DNA of 64,000 nucleotides from Candidatus Forterrea multitransposorum CG_2015-17_Forterrea_25_41 (GCA_009392915.1 CP045477.1:1-64000); one strand, 5' to 3'; numbered from the stretch's first letter, positions 1 through 10,273 are shown. Numbers and translations: made by a program. The notes: generated from the letters alone by a model not told the origin.

Positions 1-1092
1 ATGCCAATTTCAAAAAAAAACATATTTTCAAATGTTAAAAACATAGAAGAGTCTATCTTTAAAGATGAACAAGTCTTTTATCCAGACTTTACTCCAGAAA
101 ACATTTTTTCAAGAGATTCACAAATTAAAGAACTTTCTTTTTCTTTAAAACCATTAATTTCAAATAAAAAAGCAAATAATTTTTTAATATATGGACCTCC
201 AGGAACAGGTAAAACTTTAACTTCAAGATTTGTTTTAGAAGAACTTATAAATTATTCTTTAAAAGTTAAATATCTATATGTTAATTGTATACAAGATAAT
301 ACAAGATTTTCTGTATTTTCAAGAATAGTTTCTTTCTTTGGAGGAATAATGCCAAGAAGAGGTCTTGCAGTTGATGAAATTTGGCAAAGAATTAAAGAAC
401 TTTTTTCAAAATCTTCTTTTTCACCAGTAATTATTTTAGATGAAATTGATAAACTTAAAAAAGAAGATCTTTCTGTACTTTTATATGATCTTTCAAGATT
501 TTCTTCAAATAATAAATATTTTACATTAATCTTAATTACAAACAATAAATCTTTTATTTTAGACTTAGATTCAAGAACCCAAAGCTCTTTATTTTTAAAA
601 GATTTAGAATTTAAAAAATATTCTTCTCAAGACCTAAAACTAATCTTAAAAGAAAGAGTTAATTATGGGCTTATTGAGAATGCAATTTCAGAAGATTTAA
701 TAGGGTATATTGCAGGATATGCAGCAATAAGAGATGGAGATGCAAGAATTGCTATTGATCTACTATATAAAGCTGCAAAGCAATCTGAAAGAGAGGGTAA
801 TTTGATGATCTCTAAAGAGGTTTTATTGTCTGTTTCAAACTTAATAGATTCTATTAAACTTAATGAAAAGATAGCTTCTCTTTCAAAAGAAGAATTTATG
901 TTTTTAAAATCTCTAAAAGAAGATCAAACAACAACAGAAGCATATTCTTCTTTAAAAGAAATTGCTCAAAGAACAAAAAGTAGATATCTTTTAAAATTTG
1001 AAAAATTAGGTTTTATTTCTTTTTCTCCAGTAAAAGAAGGAAAAGGTAATGTTAGAATAATATCTTTAAATTTTAATAAAGAATTATTATAA
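1..1092 (+). CDS. cdc6: Orc1/Cdc6 replication initiator (AAA+ ATPase plus winged helix)
   Basis: Walker A GPPGTGKT, Walker B ILDEID, Orc1-type N-terminal and C-terminal winged-helix region; 363 aa. Confidence 0.85.
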   Translation: MPISKKNIFSNVKNIEESIFKDEQVFYPDFTPENIFSRDSQIKELSFSLKPLISNKKANNFLIYGPPGTGKTLTSRFVLEELINYSLKVKYLYVNCIQDNTRFSVFSRIVSFFGGIMPRRGLAVDEIWQRIKELFSKSSFSPVIILDEIDKLKKEDLSVLLYDLSRFSSNNKYFTLILITNNKSFILDLDSRTQSSLFLKDLEFKKYSSQDLKLILKERVNYGLIENAISEDLIGYIAGYAAIRDGDARIAIDLLYKAAKQSEREGNLMISKEVLLSVSNLIDSIKLNEKIASLSKEEFMFLKSLKEDQTTTEAYSSLKEIAQRTKSRYLLKFEKLGFISFSPVKEGKGNVRIISLNFNKELL

Positions 1093-1111
1093 AAAAACAG
1101 GTGATTAAATC

Positions 1112-1366
1112 ATGGGCTTTTTAAAAACTGATAAAAAAAAAGTAGAAGTTAAAGATGGAGATAAAGTAATTAAAGCTGCAGAAAAATTAGGTGTGCCTTT
1201 TAGTTGTAGAGAAGGTATTTGTGGTACTTGTAAAGTAAAGGTTGTAGATGGTTATGATAATTTAGCTGAAAAAACAAGTAATGAAGAATTTATGGATTTA
1301 AAAAAAAATGAAAGATTAATGTGTCAATGTAAACTTAAGTCAGGAGAAGTAAAAATTAAATTTTAA
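1112..1366 (+). CDS. 2Fe-2S ferredoxin-like protein
   Basis: CREGICGTCK (Cx4CxxC) motif plus a downstream Cys; 84 aa; RBS-like GGTGA upstream; convergent with the OFOR genes. Confidence 0.55.
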   Translation: MGFLKTDKKKVEVKDGDKVIKAAEKLGVPFSCREGICGTCKVKVVDGYDNLAEKTSNEEFMDLKKNERLMCQCKLKSGEVKIKF

Positions 1367-2207
1367 TTATTTTTTTTAGTTTCTCTAAATTTCTTTTTCT
1401 TTTAAAAAGAGGATTTTTATTTTTTTGATAAACATTTTGCATTTCTTCAAAGGTTTTTTTCTTTTTAGAAATATAAATTATTCCTAAAGGCATTTTTTCA
1501 GTTTCTAAAGCTTTTAAAATTGCATTTTCTTTATTTTCTGGATTATAATCTTTTTCTAAATAATATGTGTTTTCTTTAAACCATTCAAAAGTATTTATTT
1601 TATTAAAAGTTACACATGGTTGAAGAATATCTACAATTGATAAGCCTTTATGATAAATTGCTTTTTGTAAGATTTCTTTTGTTTCTTTCAAGTCCCCTAT
1701 GTTTGCTCTAGCAACAAAAGATGCATCTAAAGAAATAGCTAGAGAAATTGGGTTTAAGGGCTCTAAAATAACCCCTGTTGTCTGAACTATAGTTTTCATT
1801 CCTTTTTTACTTGTAGGAGATGCTTGTCCTTTTGTTAAACCATAAATCATATTGTTGTGCACAATTATTGTAATATCTGGATTTCTTCTAATAGCATGTA
1901 AAAAATGATTTCCACCTTCTCCATACATATCTCCATCTCCACTTGTAACAATTACTTTTAAATCAGGATTAACAGCTTTAATAGCGGTTGCAGGAGGAAG
2001 TGATCTTCCGTGAAGTCCATTAAAAAAATTTGTATTAATATATTGTGGTGTTTTTGCCGCTTGTCCTATTCCTGAAACTAAAACTATATTTTCTGGTTTT
2101 AGTTTGGTTTCTTCTAGTACTTTTTTTAAAACTAAGTGTATTCCAAAATTTCCACATCCAGGGCACCATGCAATTTCTGTTTGGTTTGAAAAATCTATTT
2201 TGTTCAT
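1356..2207 (-). CDS. korB: 2-oxoacid:ferredoxin oxidoreductase beta (TPP-binding) subunit
   Basis: N-terminal WCPGCGNFGI and TPP-binding GDGD motif; 283 aa; immediately downstream of the fused gamma-alpha ORF. Confidence 0.85.
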   Translation of the reverse strand: MNKIDFSNQTEIAWCPGCGNFGIHLVLKKVLEETKLKPENIVLVSGIGQAAKTPQYINTNFFNGLHGRSLPPATAIKAVNPDLKVIVTSGDGDMYGEGGNHFLHAIRRNPDITIIVHNNMIYGLTKGQASPTSKKGMKTIVQTTGVILEPLNPISLAISLDASFVARANIGDLKETKEILQKAIYHKGLSIVDILQPCVTFNKINTFEWFKENTYYLEKDYNPENKENAILKALETEKMPLGIIYISKKKKTFEEMQNVYQKNKNPLFKRKRNLEKLKKIIKI

Positions 2208-2210
2208 ATT

Positions 2211-5093
2211 TTAATCTAACCTCTCTGTTATTTCTTGCATGACCTCTTCTACAAAGAATTGCAATCCATTATATTTTAATATTTTAATAACTTCTTTATT
2301 TGTTTCTTTTTTAATAAGTTCTGCAAATTGCCCTGTTGCATTTCCTTCAATAACTATTATTTTTTTTGCAGATTTAAGTAAGTCTTTTGTTCCAGGATAA
2401 ATTGGATATAATTGTTCATAATGAAGATATTTTATTTTTTTATTATCTATTTTTTCAACAGCTTCTTTAATTGTTTCAAAAGTACTTCCCCATCCAATAA
2501 TAATTATTTCATTACCTTTTCCAATAATTGTTGGCTTTAAACTTTCAAAAGTTATATCTTCTATTCTTTTTAATCTTTTTTTAACCATTTTAATTCTTAA
2601 AGAAAAATCTTCTGTAATATGTCCTGTTTGGTCATGTTCGTCACTATCCACACAAACTAAACCTTTTCCAAAGCCAGGGATTGCTCTAGGGGAAATTCCA
2701 CTTTCTGTAAAAGCATATCTTTGATAATCTTTTTTACTTTCTATAATATATTTTTCTTTATCTTCTTTTATTTCTATTTTTTCAAAAGGATAAAGATTTT
2801 CCATAAAATATTGATCTGTTAATATAAAAACAGGAATTTGGTATTTTTGAGAATCAATAAAAGCTTTGTTTGTAATCTCTACAGCACTTTTTAAATTTTT
2901 AGGAGCATATACAATTCTTGCAAATTCTCCATGTCCAGCGTGCATAACTAAATTTAAATCTTCTTGAGCTGTTCTTGTTGGAAGTCCAGTTGCAGGTCCT
3001 GGTCTTTGAGCTACATGTATGACTAATGGAGTTTCTATCATTCCTGCAAGGCTTACACCTTCACACATAAGTGCAAATCCTCCACCAGATGTGTTTGTAA
3101 GTGATCTTGCACCTGCAAAAGATGCTCCTAAACACATGTTTATTGCTGAAATTTCATCTTCTGCTTGTTCTACAATAATATCAAAATTTTCTCTTAATTT
3201 TGCTAGATTTTGTAAAACACCTGTTGATGGTGACATTGGGTATGCTGATATAAAATCACACCCTCCAGCAATTGCTCCGTATGCTATTGCTTGAGCACCT
3301 GTAAATAAATTATTTAATTTTATTTGTTTATTTTTTTTAATTTTTGGTAAATTTTTAACTATTTTTAAAATTTCTTTTCCTTTTAAAATACCTTTTTCTG
3401 CTGCTTGAATATTTTTTAAAACAATTTCTTTTCCTTTTTTTGAAAAACTTTCTTTTAGTTGTTTTATAAAATATTTTTTATTAATATTTAGTATTCCTAA
3501 AAGAGTTCCTGTTGCAACAGTGTTTGCAAAAACTTTATTTCCTATTTTTTCTGCAATTTCTTTAAAGGAAACATCAATTGTTTTATTTTTAAGCCCTAAT
3601 TTTCTAACTTCTTCTTTATTTCCAATAATAATTGTATTTTCATCAATTCTTTCTTTTAAATGTTCTATAGTATTTTTATCTAAAGCAAGTAAAATATCTA
3701 TTTTTTTTAAATTTCCTCTTCTTTCTTTTTCTGTAAGTCTAATAGATATGGTGTTAACTCCTCCTCTAACTCTTGACATATATTCAGAGTTTGAAGAAAA
3801 GTAAAAACCTTCTTCTTTAAGTATTTTAAGTAAAACATTTTGAACAGATACAAGACCTTGGCCTGCTTCTCCAGAAAGTACAATTGATAATTCTTTTTCA
3901 TCTATTTTTTTATTTTTAATTTCTTTTTTAAAAAGTTCTTTTGTTTTTTCAGTAATTATCTTTGAAAATTCATTTAATTTTTTAAAGTTTTCTTTTTTAG
4001 GAATTCCTGTTGAAATTTCTCCTAAAATAACTTCTGCTTCAAAATTATTTGTAATATTTTCAAATTCTTTAAAGGCTTCCCCACCCCATTCTTTAGATCC
4101 AATAAATCCAATAATTTTTGTTTTTGGTTTTAATTTATTTAAAGTACTAACTGTTGTTGAAACAATAGGGTGAAGCCCACCTAAAAAAGTAGGAGATGCT
4201 ATAATTAAAGTTGACGCATCTACCATTTCAATTGCAAGTTGTCCTATCTCTGTAGTTGTAAGATTATATTCTTTAACTTTATTGCCTTGGTTAATAAGTT
4301 TAGAAGTTAAATATTCAACCATTTTTTTTGTACTTCCGTGCATAGAAGTATACCCAATAATTATTTTTGGTTTGGTTTCTTTTTTTGACCAATTATAGTA
4401 TTTATCAATTATCCAATCAACATCTTGGTATATTTTTCCATGACTTGGAGCTATTATTTTTGGATTATATTCTTTTATTTTTTCTAAGTTTTTAAGAATA
4501 TAATTTCTAAAAGGCATCATTATTTCTGCATAATATCTTTTAGCAGGTAATTCTATTTCTTTTGTATCTTTAACAAATAATTCGCTTGTTGCAAGATGTG
4601 CTCCAAAAAAATCACAAGAAAACAAAATTTTATCTTCTTTTAAAAAAGTAGACATAGTTTCTGGCCAATGAACCCAAGGAGTATAAATAAATTTTAAGGT
4701 TTTATCTCCTAAGCTAATTTCTTCTAAGTCTTTAATAACTTGTATTCTTTTTTCCTCAATTACCATTTCATCTAAAAGTATTTTTTTACAAAGAGGATTA
4801 CAAATTAATTTTGCTTTTGGAAATTTATTTAAAATTATAGGTATTGATCCAGAGTGATCTTGTTCTGCATGATTAGATATAATATAATCTATATTTTTAA
4901 TATTTAATTTTTCTAAGTTTAAAATAAGTTCTTCTGTTTTTGTAATGTCAACAGTGTCTATTAAAGCTGTTTTTTTAGATCCAATTATTAAGTATGAATT
5001 GTAGCTAGTTCCATCTGGAAGATAGATTAGTTCATCAAAAAGCTTTCTATCCCAATCAATGGCTCCAACTGAATATATGTTTTTCTTAATCAT
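2211..5093 (-). CDS. Fusion protein: flavodiiron protein (MBL-like diiron domain plus flavodoxin domain) joined to OFOR gamma and alpha subunits
   Basis: N-terminal ~400 aa carry the FDP diiron ligand motif NHAEQDHSGS and downstream His/Asp ligands, then a flavodoxin-type SMHGSTKKM; a lysine-rich linker; a KorC-like segment (LSGEAGQGLV); a KorA-like segment (TGAQAIAYGAIAGGCDFISAYPMSPST). Single uninterrupted 960-aa ORF. Confidence 0.7.
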   Translation of the reverse strand: MIKKNIYSVGAIDWDRKLFDELIYLPDGTSYNSYLIIGSKKTALIDTVDITKTEELILNLEKLNIKNIDYIISNHAEQDHSGSIPIILNKFPKAKLICNPLCKKILLDEMVIEEKRIQVIKDLEEISLGDKTLKFIYTPWVHWPETMSTFLKEDKILFSCDFFGAHLATSELFVKDTKEIELPAKRYYAEIMMPFRNYILKNLEKIKEYNPKIIAPSHGKIYQDVDWIIDKYYNWSKKETKPKIIIGYTSMHGSTKKMVEYLTSKLINQGNKVKEYNLTTTEIGQLAIEMVDASTLIIASPTFLGGLHPIVSTTVSTLNKLKPKTKIIGFIGSKEWGGEAFKEFENITNNFEAEVILGEISTGIPKKENFKKLNEFSKIITEKTKELFKKEIKNKKIDEKELSIVLSGEAGQGLVSVQNVLLKILKEEGFYFSSNSEYMSRVRGGVNTISIRLTEKERRGNLKKIDILLALDKNTIEHLKERIDENTIIIGNKEEVRKLGLKNKTIDVSFKEIAEKIGNKVFANTVATGTLLGILNINKKYFIKQLKESFSKKGKEIVLKNIQAAEKGILKGKEILKIVKNLPKIKKNKQIKLNNLFTGAQAIAYGAIAGGCDFISAYPMSPSTGVLQNLAKLRENFDIIVEQAEDEISAINMCLGASFAGARSLTNTSGGGFALMCEGVSLAGMIETPLVIHVAQRPGPATGLPTRTAQEDLNLVMHAGHGEFARIVYAPKNLKSAVEITNKAFIDSQKYQIPVFILTDQYFMENLYPFEKIEIKEDKEKYIIESKKDYQRYAFTESGISPRAIPGFGKGLVCVDSDEHDQTGHITEDFSLRIKMVKKRLKRIEDITFESLKPTIIGKGNEIIIIGWGSTFETIKEAVEKIDNKKIKYLHYEQLYPIYPGTKDLLKSAKKIIVIEGNATGQFAELIKKETNKEVIKILKYNGLQFFVEEVMQEITERLD

Positions 5094-5159
5094 TCTAGAG
5101 TCTATATATAAAACACCTCATAATAAAAAAAAGAAAAATAGTTTTTTTAAAATAAAAAA

Positions 5160-5912
5160 CTATTCTTGGTCAACTCTTGGTGCTAAGAAATATCTAATAG
5201 CAGAAGAGCCGATTGTGTAATTAATTTCAAGTGGCATATCGTCTTTAAGTTTTAAAGTGATTATGCTTTTTGCATTCTTAATCATATTTTGTAAATAGTC
5301 TAAAGTATACATTGCTTTTGCTTTGCTTCCTGAAATTAAAAGATTATTATCATTTGCTTCAATCTCTTGTTTGAATTTCCCTTTACTACTTTGTGTTTCT
5401 AAATAAAATTTATTATTTTCAACTTTTAAAGTGATATGGGAGCTAAAAAGACTTGCATCTTTTAAACCTGCAAGTAATTGATCAGAAGAGATTTGAACTG
5501 TTACATCAAATTGTATTTTAGGAAGAGGTTGTTCTTGTTCTGATACATCTATTAAAGGGATATGGAAGCTTCTTTTTGATTTTCCAATAAGTTCTATTAA
5601 GATAAATGATTTATCATCTTTAATTTCTAAACTTAATTTATCGTCACTTGATGAGTGGTTTAAGATTTGTAAGAAATTATTTATATTTATTCCAAAAGCA
5701 ATATTTTTTTCATCATCTTTAATATCTACTAAAAATTCTTCAAATGAATCTTTTGGCATTACAAAATCAACTAAACTTATTTGTCCAGGATCTGTTGCTC
5801 TTAAAAACATTTTTTCACTATCGATTGTAAATAAACCTTCGTTTATTAATACTCCAATAGCATCCATACTTTTTTGGAATTCTTTTACATCTTTTATTAT
5901 TAATTTAATCAT
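5160..5912 (-). CDS. pcn: DNA polymerase sliding clamp PCNA
   Basis: 250 aa; typical archaeal PCNA N-terminus MIKLIIKDVKEFQKSMDAI and two-domain length. Confidence 0.8.
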   Translation of the reverse strand: MIKLIIKDVKEFQKSMDAIGVLINEGLFTIDSEKMFLRATDPGQISLVDFVMPKDSFEEFLVDIKDDEKNIAFGININNFLQILNHSSSDDKLSLEIKDDKSFILIELIGKSKRSFHIPLIDVSEQEQPLPKIQFDVTVQISSDQLLAGLKDASLFSSHITLKVENNKFYLETQSSKGKFKQEIEANDNNLLISGSKAKAMYTLDYLQNMIKNAKSIITLKLKDDMPLEINYTIGSSAIRYFLAPRVDQE

Positions 5913-5976
5913 CTTTAAATCTCCCCCTTAGCTAATATATTATATAAGCGATAATATTAAAATACTAATCATTTGT

Positions 5977-6495
5977 TTATAAAACTAATAATACATAAAC
6001 CCAACCTAATATTAAAACTACTCTTATTAAAAAAGATTGATCTAATACTTTAAATAACCAAGAAAGTATTAAAATTAGAATAGTTAAAGGAAGTAGTAAT
6101 ATCTTATAAAACCACTTAAACAAAGATTGTTTCAATCTGTAGCTTTTTTTTACAGAATCAAAAATGTTATTTGCATCTTGTCTTGAAGGTATTGAAAAGA
6201 AAAGCGCTGATATTGAAACCCATATAATTAATAATTTATAAATTAAAATCATTTCTTTTTTTAAAAGCAAAATTCCTATTATGGCTATTGCAATATTAAA
6301 AAAGAACGGAAATATAGAAATTATTATATTTTTATAAGATCTAGATTCATCATGAACTACATAACCATCTGAAAAACTAAATAATTTAATTTTTCTAATC
6401 CTTACTCCTAAAATAATACATGCAAATGCATGTGCAAGTTCATGGATAGTAATTCCAATAAATAATATTTTGGAAATAAAAACATTAAGGTTCAT
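5977..6495 (-). CDS. Polytopic membrane protein with HExxH motif (putative intramembrane zinc metalloprotease)
   Basis: HELAHAF within a hydrophobic segment; several predicted TM helices; 172 aa. Confidence 0.3.
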   Translation of the reverse strand: MNLNVFISKILFIGITIHELAHAFACIILGVRIRKIKLFSFSDGYVVHDESRSYKNIIISIFPFFFNIAIAIIGILLLKKEMILIYKLLIIWVSISALFFSIPSRQDANNIFDSVKKSYRLKQSLFKWFYKILLLPLTILILILSWLFKVLDQSFLIRVVLILGWVYVLLVL

Positions 6496-6497
6496 AA

Positions 6498-6887
6498 TTA
6501 TTTTTTCTCAATATATATTTTTTTATTTTCTTTTCTAAAGAGGATTGTTTCTTTTTTAATTTCTCTAAAATCTACTTTAATTTCAATATTACTTTCTAAA
6601 AAATATTCTTTTTCTTCATTTGATATTTTATATTTTGAATCTATTTTTTCAATAGTCCATGTCTTTTTAGGTAATGCTTGAATCTCTTCAGAATAATTTT
6701 CTAATATTTCAGAAATATCTATATTTCCTTGTAATTTTTCAGAAAAACTTTTAATCTCTCTATTATCTATTATTTGCATATTTTTAGAATAAAGAGAGGT
6801 TGCTTGAATAATAATTAAGGAAAGCACAACTACAATAGAAAGCGATATTAAGATATACTCTAAACTAACTTGTGCTTTTTCATTCAC
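6498..6887 (-). CDS. Archaeal type-IV-pilin-like protein (class III signal peptide)
   Basis: N-terminus MNEKAQVSLEYILISLSIVVVLSLIII: short polar n-region then a hydrophobic helix typical of archaeal pilin/archaellin N-termini. Confidence 0.45.
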   Translation of the reverse strand: MNEKAQVSLEYILISLSIVVVLSLIIIQATSLYSKNMQIIDNREIKSFSEKLQGNIDISEILENYSEEIQALPKKTWTIEKIDSKYKISNEEKEYFLESNIEIKVDFREIKKETILFRKENKKIYIEKK

Positions 6888-6901
6888 AGTTAATTTTTCC
6901 T

Positions 6902-7093
6902 TTAGTCTATTTTTTCTATTTGTTTAAACACATCATCTGCTTTGTCATCAACAGTTTTATTTGCTTTAGTTGTTGTTTTTTGTAACTGTGTTACAACTAC
7001 TAAAACTATAGCGATTATTGCAGCTATTAAAATTATCATTTCAGCAGAAATTTGTGCTTTTTGATCTTTAAATAAATATTTTAATTTATTCAT
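6902..7093 (-). CDS. Small archaeal type-IV-pilin-like protein (class III signal peptide)
   Basis: KAQISAEMIILIAAIIAIVLVVV N-terminal motif; 63 aa. Confidence 0.5.
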   Translation of the reverse strand: MNKLKYLFKDQKAQISAEMIILIAAIIAIVLVVVTQLQKTTTKANKTVDDKADDVFKQIEKID

Positions 7094-7169
7094 AATTCTT
7101 CAAATAATTTATTGGTTATAAGATTATTTAAACCTTTTGTTCTTTATTTTTATTAAATATAATTAATAA

Positions 7170-7919
7170 ATGATTATCATGCAAAGATTAATAATTGTAA
7201 CTGGTGCAACTGGTGATTTAGGTAAAGAATATGTGAAAGTTTATTCCAAATTATCAGAAAATAAAGTTTATGCTATTTCAAGGCGAAAAGAAGACTTTCC
7301 AATAGAAGGTGTAATTTATCTTAATTGTGATTTAGAAAATAAAGATATAACTTTAAATGAAATTAATAAAATTTCTTTAGAGCACACCACTGAAATAGTA
7401 TTTATTCATCCTGTTGGAAAATTTAAGTTTGAAGAAAATGGAGACTTAATAAATAGTATTGATCAAGAAATATTTAAATCTAATTTAGATAGTTTTCATA
7501 ATGTTTTAAACCCTTTATTATTATTAAGAAAAGATAAAAATATTTTAATTAAATTAATTGCTTTTGGATCTTTAAGTGATTCTTTTAATGTACCTTGGTG
7601 GATTTCTTATAGTAAATCAAAACTTGCACTGAGAGCTGATATGAAGTCAATTTCTTTTTCTAAAAAAAATATTTGTTCTCTTTTTTTAAATTTAAGTAGT
7701 GTGAAAACTTTTAATGAACATAAAACAAGACCTTTTGCAGAAACTTCTTTTTGGCTTTCAGTTGATGAAATTGTAAAGAGATCTTTATCTATAATTGATT
7801 CTTTAAAAGAAAAATATACTGAAATTAATTTATATAATAATTCTCCTGAATATTATGAAGGTTATTACAAAGATTTTAATTTTTTAAAAGAAAAATGGTT
7901 AAAAGAAATGAAGGGCTAG
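7170..7919 (+). CDS. NAD(P)-binding Rossmann-fold protein (SDR-like)
   Basis: VTGATGDLG glycine-rich dinucleotide-binding motif at the N-terminus; 249 aa. Confidence 0.4.
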   Translation: MIIMQRLIIVTGATGDLGKEYVKVYSKLSENKVYAISRRKEDFPIEGVIYLNCDLENKDITLNEINKISLEHTTEIVFIHPVGKFKFEENGDLINSIDQEIFKSNLDSFHNVLNPLLLLRKDKNILIKLIAFGSLSDSFNVPWWISYSKSKLALRADMKSISFSKKNICSLFLNLSSVKTFNEHKTRPFAETSFWLSVDEIVKRSLSIIDSLKEKYTEINLYNNSPEYYEGYYKDFNFLKEKWLKEMKG

Positions 7920-7934
7920 AAGTCTTCTTTTTAT

Positions 7935-10253
7935 TTGTTTTTATCTATAATATATATATTTATGATTAAATCAATATATCTTGAAAATTGGAAAACCCAC
8001 CTTGATTCTAAGCTTTCCTTTCAAAAAGGAACAAACATACTCTTAGGTGTAATTGGTTCTGGAAAATCAAGTGTTGTTGATGCTATTTGTTATGCTTTAT
8101 ATGGTACATTTCCAACACTTTCAAACAGGAAAATAACTTTAGATGAAACTATAATGTTTAAACCTGTACAAAAAGAAAGTTTTAAGGTTATTTTAGAGCT
8201 TGTTCAAGAAAATAAATTATATTTAATAGAAAGAGAAGTATTTTCTGGAAATAAATCAAACTCTGCAAAAGTATATCTTGAAGGAAAGTTATTGGCTGGT
8301 CCTAAAAAAAGTGATGTTGATGAATTTATTTCAAAACTTTTAGGTATTGATTATAATCTTTTTATAAAAGTTGTATATTCTCAACAAAATGAAATTGATT
8401 ATTTTTTAAAAATAGCTCCTTCTAAAAGAAAAGAACAGTTTGATGATCTTTTTGGTATATCTCATTTTGAAAATATTAAAGTTTCAACAAGAGAAATTGA
8501 TAGACTTTTAAATCATGAAATTGATAAAAATGAACTTTTATTAAAACAAATAACTACTCAAATTTCAAATTATAATATAGAAGAACTTTTAGAAAAAGAA
8601 AAAGAAATAGCTGAAAAAATAACTTCTCTTGAAAAAGAAATTTTAGAAAAAGAAGTAAAAACTTTTTCTTTAAGTAAAGTAATTTCTGAAAAGAAGCTAG
8701 TTAAAGAAAAGCATGAATCCTTAACTTCTCAAATATCTTTATTTTCGTCCAGGCTTGAAGACTTTAATAAAGAATATACCTCTCTTTTAGAAAAAACTAA
8801 TCTTTCTTCTAAAGAAGAACTTGATCTCTTTGAAAAAGAGGTTTTTAAGAAAGAAAAATTCTTTAAAGAAAAACAAAATAAAAACAAAGAAACTGAGATT
8901 TTAAAAAAATCTTTAGATAACAAAATTTCTTTTTATGAAAATAATATTTTTCAAAACCAAGAAAGGATAAAAGAGCTTCTTTTAAAAATAGAAAAAGAAG
9001 AATTAACTATTCCTTTAATAGAGGAAAAGAAAAAATATCTTTTAGAAGAAATTGATTCTCTTAATATTTTAAAAATATCTTTACTTTCAAAACAAAAAGA
9101 TTTAGAAAAATCTTTTTATGAAATTTCTAAAGGCTTTTCAAACTGTCCTGTCTGTCAAACCCCTTTTACTGCAGATAAATTAACTGAAACTAAAGAGCAT
9201 ATAGATAAAGAGCTTTCAAGTCTATCTTTAAACCTAAAGGATTATTTAGAAAAAATAAAAGAAAAAGAAGATTTATTAAATCTGTTAAAAATAAAAGAAA
9301 AAACTTTAGAAAGAAATTTCTTAATTGAAAAACAAATTGAACAATTAAACAAAATAATTCTAGAAAATACTTATTTAAAAGAAAATGCCTTAACTGAAAT
9401 TAATTCTTTAGAAAAAATAGATGACTTGTCTGCTTTAGAAAAAGAAATTTTAAAAATAAAAGAGAGTCTTTCTCTTAAAAAAGAACTTTTAAAAATATCT
9501 GAAAAAATAAAAGAATACACCGAAAAAACAAAATTACAAAAAGAAGAGCTTTCAAAAATAAATTTTTCTCAAGAAGAATATCTAAATCTTTTAACAGATT
9601 ATAAAGGCTTAGAAAATAATTTCCTGCAAATAAAAGAATCCTTAACAAACTATAAATCCTTAAAAGAAAATTTAAAAAAACAATTAGAAAACCTAACCTC
9701 TCTTTCAAAACAAAAAGAAGAAGTAAGCCTTTCTTTTACAAAAATAAATAATAAAAAACAAGATCTTTCTTATTTTTTAAAAGCAATTGATAATAGCCAA
9801 CTACAGTTAAGAAAAGTTTTAATAGATAACATAAATCAAGCTCTTTCAATCATCTGGCCAAAAGTATATCCTTACAAAGATTATTTATCAGCAAGATTAA
9901 ATGCAGATAATGATTATATCTTAGAGGTCTTAACTTTAAAAAATAACTGGATAAGGGTTGAAGGTTTATTAAGTGGAGGAGAGAGGGCTTGTGCTTCACT
10001 TTCCATAAGGATTGCAATTTCTTTGATTCTTACAAAGAAATTAGGCCTTTTAATTCTTGATGAACCAACACATAATTTAGATGAAAAATCAATAGAGGCT
10101 TTATCAAATGTCTTAGAGGAAGAGCTTCCTGATCTTGTTGAGCAAATATTTATTGTGACTCATGATAATAAGCTTCTTGAAACAGTAAATGCAACTAAGT
10201 TTATAATAGAGAGAGATAAAGAAAACGATTCTGCTTCAAGAGTTAATTTTTAA
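7935..10253 (+). CDS. rad50: Rad50/SbcC-like SMC ATPase with zinc hook
   Basis: Walker A GVIGSGKSSVVDAI, long coiled coil, CPVC zinc-hook motif mid-protein, signature LSGGER, Walker B LLILDEPTHNLD. True start possibly the Met at 7962. Confidence 0.7.
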   Translation: MFLSIIYIFMIKSIYLENWKTHLDSKLSFQKGTNILLGVIGSGKSSVVDAICYALYGTFPTLSNRKITLDETIMFKPVQKESFKVILELVQENKLYLIEREVFSGNKSNSAKVYLEGKLLAGPKKSDVDEFISKLLGIDYNLFIKVVYSQQNEIDYFLKIAPSKRKEQFDDLFGISHFENIKVSTREIDRLLNHEIDKNELLLKQITTQISNYNIEELLEKEKEIAEKITSLEKEILEKEVKTFSLSKVISEKKLVKEKHESLTSQISLFSSRLEDFNKEYTSLLEKTNLSSKEELDLFEKEVFKKEKFFKEKQNKNKETEILKKSLDNKISFYENNIFQNQERIKELLLKIEKEELTIPLIEEKKKYLLEEIDSLNILKISLLSKQKDLEKSFYEISKGFSNCPVCQTPFTADKLTETKEHIDKELSSLSLNLKDYLEKIKEKEDLLNLLKIKEKTLERNFLIEKQIEQLNKIILENTYLKENALTEINSLEKIDDLSALEKEILKIKESLSLKKELLKISEKIKEYTEKTKLQKEELSKINFSQEEYLNLLTDYKGLENNFLQIKESLTNYKSLKENLKKQLENLTSLSKQKEEVSLSFTKINNKKQDLSYFLKAIDNSQLQLRKVLIDNINQALSIIWPKVYPYKDYLSARLNADNDYILEVLTLKNNWIRVEGLLSGGERACASLSIRIAISLILTKKLGLLILDEPTHNLDEKSIEALSNVLEEELPDLVEQIFIVTHDNKLLETVNATKFIIERDKENDSASRVNF

Positions 10254-10273
10254 ACTTTTTATTAAAAATAACC

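Noticed and set aside
3019-3804. Plus-strand small ORFs (3019-3294, 3520-3804) and the minus-strand ORF 3707-3901, all inside the FDP-OFOR gene
   Set aside because: They lie entirely within a well-supported 960-aa CDS. The two plus-strand ORFs are antisense to it; 3707-3901 is same-strand in another frame. Their low-complexity translations are typical of spurious ORFs in AT-rich DNA.
8729-9708. Minus-strand ORFs 8729-8923 and 9475-9708 inside rad50
   Set aside because: Antisense to the coiled-coil region of a strongly supported gene; Leu/Phe-rich artefacts of a K/E-rich sense strand.
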